A stretch of DNA of 64,000 nt from Nitrospiraceae bacterium. GTDB lineage: Bacteria > Nitrospirota > Nitrospiria > Nitrospirales > Nitrospiraceae. The stretch spans positions 460,811-524,810 of the forward strand of contig JBFWWG010000002.1 of the NCBI GenBank assembly GCA_050246315.1, given 5' to 3'. The notes beneath the pieces are model-generated. The model ran no database searches, was not told where the DNA came from, and saw only the letters and a list, made by a program, of their open reading frames with translations. The position numbers were made by a program, and so were the translations under genes. This document shows, in pieces, positions 56,115 through 64,000 of this stretch; the stretch's first letter is position 1; each line of letters begins with the position of its first letter.

Positions 56115-57294
56115 GGAAGGTCTGATTAATTCACGTTTACACTGAGCGAGCTATTCATGGGTTGGTCAACACGGGCAATCAAGTGGGAATCAGATGGTCC
56201 GCAAGCGTCTTCGTCGGGGTTTGCCCCTCATCCGACAGCCCACGTCCGCCCAGCCGACACACGCCCTCTACGTTCCCGCCAACAGGCGCCGTCGCGCCAG
56301 GTACAGATTCGTCAAGCCGCAGGTGACAAAGAGCCAATTCGTATTCTTCGCCAGCCCCCGGTAGCGCACTTTGGCCCATCCAAAGATCTGTTTCATCACC
56401 AAGAACACATGTTCGACTTTCGCACGAACCTTCGACTTGGTACGATTCCGGGCACGCTCCGCCTCACTCAGCGGTCGGTGCCGATGCGCTTTGGCCTGGA
56501 TAAAGCTCTTGGCCTCAGGGGCATGCTGCTGAATCACCTCGCGGTGCCCGCTGTACGCCGCATCCCCCCACACCCGCGTCTCGTTGCCGTGCAGGAGATC
56601 CGGCAACACCTGACTGTCATGCACGTTCGCCGCCGTGGCCGTCACCGAATGGATCAACTTGGTGCGGCTATCCACCCCGATATGGGCCTTCATGCCGAAG
56701 TACCACTGGTTTCCCTTCTTCGTCTGATGCATCTCCGGATCTCGCTCCTTGGTGCGATTCTTCGTCGAACTGGGGGCACTGATGATCGTGGCATCTACGA
56801 TGGTCCCCTGGCTGATCTGCAGCCCCTGCTCGGCGAGATACGTCCGGATCAATGCAAACAGCTGTTCACCCAACTGGTGGCCTTCCAGCAGGTGCCGAAA
56901 TTTACAGATGGTCGTCTCATCGGGCACAGGCTCGCGGCCCAGATCAATGCCGACAAACTGCCGCATGGCGCGGGAGTCATACAGGGCCTCCTCCACTGCT
57001 GGGTCCGACAGGGTGAACCAATGTTGCAGGAAATGAATGCGGAGCATCCGGTCCACGCCCACCGGCGGACGCCCGGCCCCCTCAGGGTTGGGATAGAACG
57101 GCGCGATAACCCCTGCCAGGGCTCCCCACGGAATCACGCGGGCCATCTCGTCCAGGAACCGCTCTCGACGGGTGGGCTTCCGGTACGGTTCAAACGTGAC
57201 CTCTGCAAACGTCTGTTGCTGCATGGGGCGCGCCTCCTCATCAGTGCCGCGCTACCCGTAGCATATCGGACGGAGAGAATAAATCAGAGATTCC
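56115..57294 (-). mobile_element. IS5-family insertion sequence (1180 bp)
   Basis: IRs GGAAGGTCTGATTAATTC / GAATAAATCAGAGATTCC; TTAG target duplication at 56111-56114 and 57295-57298. Confidence 0.95.
56268..57224 (-). CDS. IS5 DDE transposase
   Basis: PDETTICKFRHLLE, IVDATII, QWYFGMKAHIGVD, GDAAY, RAKVEH. Confidence 0.96.
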   Translation of the reverse strand: MQQQTFAEVTFEPYRKPTRRERFLDEMARVIPWGALAGVIAPFYPNPEGAGRPPVGVDRMLRIHFLQHWFTLSDPAVEEALYDSRAMRQFVGIDLGREPVPDETTICKFRHLLEGHQLGEQLFALIRTYLAEQGLQISQGTIVDATIISAPSSTKNRTKERDPEMHQTKKGNQWYFGMKAHIGVDSRTKLIHSVTATAANVHDSQVLPDLLHGNETRVWGDAAYSGHREVIQQHAPEAKSFIQAKAHRHRPLSEAERARNRTKSKVRAKVEHVFLVMKQIFGWAKVRYRGLAKNTNWLFVTCGLTNLYLARRRLLAGT

Positions 57295-57479
57295 TTAGCA
57301 TCTCAAGTCATTGATTACTCAACGGTGGCGCGAACTAGGTTTTTGGCTGCACTGGCCACCGCGGAATCCGGGATTATAGCGGATCGAGTGATTTATCAAG
57401 ACGCATGCCCGAGTCCTAACTGAACGGAGACAGGTCACCCGGTTGAGTATTGTTTATCATTTTCTGACCACACCTAGCC

Positions 57480-59618
57480 TCAAAAGGCAGTGGCAAAAAA
57501 CTCATCGGCGCTCGTGTTGGCAAAGGAGGTTGGAGCTGAACTGCCGTCTGCCGGAATGGTGAACAAATCCCGGGGAGCTGATGAGATTAACCCGCCAGTG
57601 CGTCGTTCATAAAAGATTACGCTGCCGAAAGATCCCACGAAGTCTTCATGGTCCTGGCTTGCCGCGAGAGGTGTCAACCCCGTTCCATCTAATCGCACGC
57701 TATAAAGGTCCTGTGGACCAAGCAGCGAGGTGCCTGGTTGTTGCCGTTGGAAATTGAGGCGAGTGCCGACGACAGCCGCGAATGACTCATCGAGACTACT
57801 GGTTGCCAGGGCTACGACTCCTCCCGTGCCATCGGCTCGGATGGCATAGAGGTCATCTTGCCCCCCATTATCGCGGCGGAAAATGATGCTGTCGCCAGCG
57901 ATCCCGGCCGTGAATTCATCTCCCGGACCGGTAGCCAAGGGAACTTCTCCAGTGCCATTCAGATTGACGCTGTAGATATCAGTTTGGCCATTTACAGTTC
58001 GTTCGTACACGACACGAGCGCCAACCACCACAGCAAAGAATTCATTGCCTGGGTTGACGGAGAGCGGGGTAGTTCCCGTACCGTCCAGGTTGACTGCATA
58101 AAGATCGAACTGGCCGCCACCTGCTGGTCCTCGCATGTAAATCATGCGGTTACCCACTACGCCGCCAAAAAATTCGCTGTCCGGACTTCCGGCTAACGTA
58201 ATCGGTGTACCTGTGCCGTCGATATTCGCGATAAGAAGATCAGCGGGAGAGGAGGGATCAATCCGTCTCACAAAGATGAGCCGGTTTCCCACCGTGGCCT
58301 GATCGAACTCTTCCAAGGGCGTCGTAGCGAGAGGACGAACGTCGGTTCCGTCAGCGTTGATGCTGTAGATGTCCGTGTTGTTACTTTGCGGGTTGACTTG
58401 GCTCCCGACCCGGCGTTCATAAATAACCCGCTCACCGACAATACTTCTAAAGTATTCATCATCCCCACTATTGGCCAAGGCCCTTTGTGCTGTTCCATCC
58501 AAGCTCACACTGGCCAGATCTCTGAGCCCGCCGACCGTCTGGGAAACTCCATACACCAGCCAGCTTGCTGTCGCACCACTTGCGAATTCATCGGCCCCGC
58601 TGCTGACCAACGGAGCCGCACCGGTGCCATCGAGATTGACCATCCAGAGATCACGAGGGACAAGAGGTCCCACGGGACTTGTATGATAGATGACTTGGTT
58701 CCCAACTACGCGAAAGAACCGCTCGCTGATTGTACTCTCAGCCGCGAGCGTGACCACTCCGCTGCCATCGCTGTTGCTGAGGAACATATCGAGATTCCCA
58801 TTGGTCGAACGACCAAAAATAACTTTCGCTGACGGAGATGGGTCTGGGTTTTTCGTTCCCACATAGATGAACCCATTCGTTCTGGTGCTATTGACCGTGG
58901 CGCTATAGAGTTGATTCGATCCCGCATCGAAATACCCAATGCCGGTAACCGTGCTATTTCCATTGGAACACACACCCCCACCAAAGGTGACCGAGAGATC
59001 GTACACATTACCCTTTGCACGCGGAGTGACGGTCCCCGTAAAGGTGCAGCCGCTACTCCCAAGACCCGAAATGCCACCAGCCTGTGAAATCGTCACCGTG
59101 GTGGCTTCGCCGATGCTCCCGACAACAGCAGCGGTTCCTGAATAGGAACCCGCGATCGTGGCAAGAGAAGGGGTAAGATCATAAGCGGCGTCGTATACGC
59201 CACTGAACGCAACGGTCTGGTTCAGTGACGGATACGAAATGGTCCCGCTCAGCGATTGCCTTGCAACATAATTCCCTGCAATGGTGGCATTATTTATTCC
59301 AGCCCCTTCAAGATTGAAGTCTCGTGCATCAGCAGAGGAAAAGACGCCGTTGCTGGAGGTTGATGAGCCTTGAACACCTCCTGCGATGATCGAGCTGTTG
59401 TTTGGCGCCGAGTAGAGAACCCAGAAACTCCCGTTGTCCAGGACAATGCCTCTGACAGTTCGAGCCGTGGTCGTGTTCCCGATCCAGAGCCCTTCGGCGG
59501 TTACTGTGGAAGCAGGCGGAGAGCTTGTTCCTTGGTCCCCTCCACTACTACATCCTGCGATGTACAACAAGGCATTAACCAGCACGACCGGGACAGAGGC
59601 CATTCGCTTGGATTGCAT
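57480..59618 (-). CDS. Lipoprotein: N-terminal beta-rich domain + 10 propeller-blade repeats
   Basis: IAGC lipobox; ten DLY.V.LDGTG..PLA.....E.F repeats. Confidence 0.8.
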   Translation of the reverse strand: MQSKRMASVPVVLVNALLYIAGCSSGGDQGTSSPPASTVTAEGLWIGNTTTARTVRGIVLDNGSFWVLYSAPNNSSIIAGGVQGSSTSSNGVFSSADARDFNLEGAGINNATIAGNYVARQSLSGTISYPSLNQTVAFSGVYDAAYDLTPSLATIAGSYSGTAAVVGSIGEATTVTISQAGGISGLGSSGCTFTGTVTPRAKGNVYDLSVTFGGGVCSNGNSTVTGIGYFDAGSNQLYSATVNSTRTNGFIYVGTKNPDPSPSAKVIFGRSTNGNLDMFLSNSDGSGVVTLAAESTISERFFRVVGNQVIYHTSPVGPLVPRDLWMVNLDGTGAAPLVSSGADEFASGATASWLVYGVSQTVGGLRDLASVSLDGTAQRALANSGDDEYFRSIVGERVIYERRVGSQVNPQSNNTDIYSINADGTDVRPLATTPLEEFDQATVGNRLIFVRRIDPSSPADLLIANIDGTGTPITLAGSPDSEFFGGVVGNRMIYMRGPAGGGQFDLYAVNLDGTGTTPLSVNPGNEFFAVVVGARVVYERTVNGQTDIYSVNLNGTGEVPLATGPGDEFTAGIAGDSIIFRRDNGGQDDLYAIRADGTGGVVALATSSLDESFAAVVGTRLNFQRQQPGTSLLGPQDLYSVRLDGTGLTPLAASQDHEDFVGSFGSVIFYERRTGGLISSAPRDLFTIPADGSSAPTSFANTSADEFFATAF

Positions 59619-60165
59619 CTCCCCCCCCGCAAATAGTTTCCGACAACGGGACCAGACGGTTTCGGGTCTCCCAGGTTTCGGAACCCTCCAAAGAGTGGGG
59701 ATTCTGGACCTCCGTCATCCATGCAAGCAATACCACTTTTAGGGCACCTCTGACATAGCTCACTTGTGTAAATTGGATTTATTCATGGCATGTCTGGCGT
59801 CAGTAGTGTGGAGCATTCCCTTACCAGCAATCTGCGCAGTTCTCATGATCGCAAACGAGTTCTCAAGACTATGTTTTTATCCCAATGCAGTTCCGGACCA
59901 TCAACTCTCGATGTCTCCCCTCTCACCCCCTGTCTCCTTCCCCTAACCTTCTCCCCAACTCTTCCCCCCTGAAGCCCGCCGGAGTTCCACCACCCCCAAG
60001 GTGTCTCTCGCGCATTAGGCGCGTAGCGCGTCCGCAATGCGCTACCACTCCACCCAGTCGGTAACTGCAAGCACCATCCGGACATGATCGCGAGCCACGA
60101 TTATCCGATAGATGCTCGGGTAGAACCCTCGGCTTCCGCTGACGCCGACGTTCTCGCGGCGGCCC

Positions 60166-60477
60166 TCAGGCGGCATCGGTCAGCCGACGGGCTCGCTCGA
60201 TCCGCTTGCGGTCGCGAGGGCTGTGCATCGCCTCCCACAGATCGGTACGCCGCTGCACATTGAGCCAAAAGTCAGGGCTGTTGCCGAACACACGTGCGAG
60301 GATGAGCGCCGTCGCCGCCGTCACGTTCCGCCGATCATTACACAGCTCGTTAACATGCTTGCGCTGGACGCCCATCGCCTCGGCCAGCGCACCCTGCGTC
60401 AGCCCCATCGGTTGCATGAACTCTTCGGTGAGAATCTCACCAACCGTCGCCGGTTTGCGTTTCGTCGTCAGCATCAT
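60166..60477 (-). CDS. higA: HigA-family antitoxin
   Basis: GEILTEEFM.P.GLTQ..LA, R.VT...A..LARVFG.SPDFWLN.Q. Confidence 0.92.
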   Translation of the reverse strand: MMLTTKRKPATVGEILTEEFMQPMGLTQGALAEAMGVQRKHVNELCNDRRNVTAATALILARVFGNSPDFWLNVQRRTDLWEAMHSPRDRKRIERARRLTDAA

Positions 60478-60482
60478 TCACC

Positions 60483-60779
60483 TCACCTGTAGCTATGGCC
60501 ATCGAGATAGACCCCCGTGGCTTCACCTCGGCCGCCATCCCACTGAAAGATCAGCCGCCATTGTTTGTTGACCCGGATCGAATGGAACCTCGACAGATTG
60601 CCGCTCAGCTTCTCGAAATGATTGCTGGGTGGCACCCGCAAGTCCTGATCGGTCGTCGCATCGTCGATCATCTGGAGCTTCCGAAAGAGGCGGCTTTCAA
60701 GATCAGGCGGAATGCTTCGAGACCGCATATCTTCGACAAAGAAGGCCCGTAGCCACTCATCACGAAAACTCACGATCAT
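60483..60779 (-). CDS. higB: HigB/RelE-family toxin
   Basis: MIVSF...L; DLRVPPSNHFEKL.G; SIRVNKQWRLIF; toxin-first gene order. Confidence 0.92.
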   Translation of the reverse strand: MIVSFRDEWLRAFFVEDMRSRSIPPDLESRLFRKLQMIDDATTDQDLRVPPSNHFEKLSGNLSRFHSIRVNKQWRLIFQWDGGRGEATGVYLDGHSYR

Positions 60780-61081
60780 GTGGTGGTTCCAAGGCTGATC
60801 GAGTGTACCACTCCATGGTACACATTGCCAGTTCTGCCGCCTGCAAGTAGTTGCTGGGAACATCCGACTGTCATTCCCACCCACGCCCCGCGGTGAGCCC
60901 CTTGCCTGCATATTCGATGTCGGTGGTCCCACAAGCGCTGGATCAAATGTTTTGCCGCACGCATGCGACGGTCAAGGACACCCGTGACATTGTCCCTATC
61001 GACCAGCAGCAGGCGCACTGTCATACAACGATGACGTGACGTTGAAAATGCAGACGTCGTGCTTATCATCATTGGCGCGGC

Positions 61082-61253
61082 CCGCCATACCAACCTTCGG
61101 TTGTACCGGCGGCTCATCAGGCGCAGCTTCTCTTCATTATCGCCGGCGGAGAAATACCTCCAGTGTTCCTCCCCTTGTTATGAACCGCACTTCGTGTGAA
61201 CGGCGGGCTCTTCAAGCGAAGCTTCTCTTCATTGTCGCCCGCCAGGAAACACC
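61082..61253 (+). repeat. 172-bp direct repeat, copy 2
   Basis: Matches 54663-54834. Confidence 0.92.
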
Positions 61254-61772
61254 ACCAGTCTCTCTCCATTCCGGTTGGCATACCTCAACCCCTCACCGGG
61301 CGCATCTCCTCCCAGCTTCTTCATGACCCGGGTCAAGTCGCGACGGAGTTGGCTCATCGCTTCATGACGCGATCGCCCGTTATCCACAAAGACCTGCTGT
61401 GGCTGAGACCGCGGCTCATGCCGCCATCGTCCAAGCATAGTAACCTCAACACCAATTCGGCCGCGATTTGGGTTACGGTTACCTCGAGACCTCAAGCATC
61501 GCGACCGTTTCACGCGTATCCTTCCCTGAAAACTTCCGTCGTGCGCCGATGATATCTCTCCCGGTCCGTTGCGGACCTTAGGTCAGGTATCCGTGGAACC
61601 GGGATAGAACCCAGGCTTCCTAGTCATGGTGACGGCTACCATATGCTCCACGGGCGCGGGGGAACGCGCATGAATACACGCATTTCCATAGAGGATCAAT
61701 TGACATCTGAGTTCACCGCATCTTACCTTTGTGTCGCCGAAGAGCCCGCTCTCGTTGCTTCGTTACTGAGAG

Positions 61773-63338
61773 GTGGAGAGCATGCGACAGGACGGCCCAT
61801 TTTTTCATGTGGGATTGCTTCTTCTCGTTATCGCACCTCTGAATCTGGTCGCGTGTTCGGGAGGAAATGACACTACATCCGGCGCTTCTAACTCGGAAGG
61901 TAGCCCATCACCTCCCATCGTGCCCCCTCCTCCTTCTCCTAACGTTGAGCGCACAGTGTACATCGCCGACCAGGATCGCGATGAAGTATTCGAGTTGTAC
62001 CTCGTCGGATCTTCCATCAAGCTGAACCCCCCGCTTCCGACCGGAAAGAGCGTCGTCGACTTTAAAATAACACCTGATAATAAGGCCGTCGTGTACCGCG
62101 CAGACCAGGATACTGACGAGATGATCGAGCTCTATCGCGTAGAGTTTGCCCTGCCAGGAGTAAGTACTAAACTAAACAGTCCTCTTCCATCCGGCGGGGA
62201 CGTGAGTTCGTTTGCAATTACCAAGGACAGCGCTACCGTCGTCTATGTGGCTGACCAGGCTGCCGATGAGGTACACGAACTGTATCGCGTTTCCTTCACC
62301 GCACCAGGAATTAGCGCAAGACTCAATGGCCCACTCGCGCCAGGCGGCAACGTCTTTTTTGGTTTTGCTATTACACCTGACGATGCCGCTGTGGTTTACC
62401 CCGCTGCGGAAGAAAGTCCGGCTGCCGTCGAGTTGTACCGCGTGCCTTTCGCTACTCCGGGTCTGAGCACAAAGTTGAATGCTACACTGCCGAGCGATGC
62501 GGATGTTTCTCTCGTGTCGATCATCCCCAACAACTCGGGCGTTGTATATACAGTCAGCCAGTATGTGCCTACGTCGCCGGGCTCACAGTTCGTTTATCTG
62601 ACATCAGAACTGTACGTAGTTGCCTTCTCCGCACCCGGCATATCAACAAAGCTCAGCGCCCCACTCGTCCCATTTGCCATTTCCTATATCCTGTCCTTCC
62701 AAGTCACTCCTGACAGCTCCAGCGTGGTTTACGCCACAGCCGACAACAATGGTGACCGACGCCAACTCTTTCGGGTACAGCTTGCGAACCCCGGAACAAC
62801 AATCAAACTCAACCCACCTGACATTTATGTCTTGCACTTCAGGGTAAGTCCTGATAGCAGCGCTGCGGTATTCGCTGGAAACGGGATCGGCGTATCGATC
62901 AGTTCATCGCGTTATCCTACTGAGCTCTATCGGGTTCGTTTTGCCGAACCAGGATTGAGCACAAAGCTCAACGGTCCATTAAGTGGCACCACGGGAGTTT
63001 CTCCAATCAATGGAGCTTTCGCAATTACCTCAGATGGTTCCGCTTCCGTGTACGTCGCAAGAGAGAAAACGGACACCAGCGAAGTGTACATGGTGCCTTT
63101 CTCCACGCCCGGCATGAGCACAAAGCTGAATGGAGATATGGTCGCGGGAGGGAGCGTTTATCCATTCGCCCCTTTAGCTGTGACGCCGGACGCCAGTGCC
63201 GTCCTCTACCAAGCTGACCAGACAACAGCAGGGGTGGTTGAGCTCTATCGCGTGCCATTCGCAACTCCAGGCACAAGCACGAAGCTCAACGGTCCCCTGG
63301 TCACTGGTGGAAACGTACAAAGCTTCAATGTACGGTAA
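61773..63338 (+). CDS. Lipoprotein with nine ~50-aa propeller-blade repeats
   Basis: LVAC lipobox, Pro/Ser linker; nine ELYRV.F..PG.STKLN.PL..GG.V..F.ITPD repeats. Confidence 0.82.
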   Translation: MESMRQDGPFFHVGLLLLVIAPLNLVACSGGNDTTSGASNSEGSPSPPIVPPPPSPNVERTVYIADQDRDEVFELYLVGSSIKLNPPLPTGKSVVDFKITPDNKAVVYRADQDTDEMIELYRVEFALPGVSTKLNSPLPSGGDVSSFAITKDSATVVYVADQAADEVHELYRVSFTAPGISARLNGPLAPGGNVFFGFAITPDDAAVVYPAAEESPAAVELYRVPFATPGLSTKLNATLPSDADVSLVSIIPNNSGVVYTVSQYVPTSPGSQFVYLTSELYVVAFSAPGISTKLSAPLVPFAISYILSFQVTPDSSSVVYATADNNGDRRQLFRVQLANPGTTIKLNPPDIYVLHFRVSPDSSAAVFAGNGIGVSISSSRYPTELYRVRFAEPGLSTKLNGPLSGTTGVSPINGAFAITSDGSASVYVAREKTDTSEVYMVPFSTPGMSTKLNGDMVAGGSVYPFAPLAVTPDASAVLYQADQTTAGVVELYRVPFATPGTSTKLNGPLVTGGNVQSFNVR

Positions 63339-63431
63339 GGCCGTGCCAACAGTTAAGGTCTCTGGCGGGCTCTTAGCCTCACCGCGCAGGACACTCTGTA
63401 GGAGCGCGAGGAGCTTCTCCGAGTGCGACGG

Positions 63432-63453
63432 CAAATCCCTCCCTTCTCCGCCA
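63432..63453 (+). repeat. Degenerate tRNA-Ser 3'-end copy
   Basis: CAAATCCCTCCCTTCTCCGCCA (one extra T), followed by TACC as at 54669 and 61088. Confidence 0.8.
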
Positions 63454-64000
63454 TACCGGCACGCACGATCCATGCGACACCTGCTGCGGCGTCCGATTCT
63501 CTCGCCCGGCGAGGGCGTTCTCGTTCGGTCTCCTCAACGTACCACGGTGGGTACGCCTGCAGCGCCCTCACCTGCGAGCACCCTCGGCGGACGTCGGTCT
63601 CGAACGCCTCGCGACGGTGTCCACGAATCGTCCGTGCCGCCTCGCTTGCACGGTTCGGTCAGCTCACCAGGCGCAGGCTCTCTTCATTGTCGCCCGCCGG
63701 GAAACACCATTAAGATCCTTCCCAATCTTATACCACGATTGAATTCCGCAACCCGATTTCCCGTCGTTTGAATCTGGCGTGAACCGTCGTCGTTGGCCCA
63801 TGTGGCACCCTCGTAGAACCTATCGTGTTCCCTTTTGAAGTGTCGGTCAAACTCGGGCCAGCTCAGGTTTCTTCCCGTTCCGACATTGATTGGGATTGCT
63901 CTGGTCGACTAGCCTGGATTGAACCGCTTGATGATCTCAGGTAGTATCTACACCGTATCTACTCTAGGGCATGGAGGACGGCAGAGATGAAAACCACGGC

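Noticed and set aside
56157..57314. 385-aa plus-strand ORF
   Set aside because: Antisense to the IS5 transposase
59960..60125. Possible HUH/RAYT transposase remnant (ARDHVRMVL on minus strand)
   Set aside because: Second His missing, fragment short and closed by a stop; not supportable
61229..61513. 94-aa minus-strand ORF
   Set aside because: Runs into the repeat, with no RBS or recognisable motif; possibly a gene fragment but unsupported
54663..63725. CRISPR array or classical integron
   Set aside because: Repeats are long and kilobases apart; no cas genes, no IntI, and no convincing RYYYAAC...GTTRRRY attC pairs

Overview
The window is GC-rich (~60%) bacterial DNA with a Nitrospira-like gene complement (taxonomy is inference) and is largely accessory. 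(1) 1-17014 is the right arm of an integrative conjugative element ending in a 50-bp tRNA-Arg(ACG) 3' duplication. It carries a TraD-like coupling protein, class II RNR, a Ycf46-type AAA ATPase whose Walker B block precedes Walker A, primase, SNF2 helicase, methylase, DnaN, xis and int. (2) 19181-29955 is a 10-kb island bounded by 222-bp ungapped direct repeats (~88% identical). It holds a 14-gene co-oriented operon of mostly unknown Cys-rich, amphipathic or beta-rich proteins plus an Asp-rich isoprenoid-synthase-like enzyme, a geranylgeranyl-reductase-family enzyme and a GH13 hydrolase. This is the best candidate for an undescribed system. (3) 29.8-39.5 kb holds core-like envelope and hypothetical genes. 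(4) 39584-45477 is a lasso-peptide cluster with an unannotated 59-aa precursor (Met-rich core), a PRMT-like methyltransferase, an HprK-like kinase and a nucleotidyltransferase, but no B2 protease in view. (5) tadA, a PPTase and tRNA-Ser(CGA) follow, with a 7.5-kb phage-satellite-like element whose att core lies inside its integrase gene. (6) A chain of further tRNA-Ser 3' remnants and ~172-bp repeats separates cassettes with beta-propeller lipoproteins, IS5 and higBA. No CRISPR array or rRNA was seen. Family assignments come from motif recognition by eye, not database searches.
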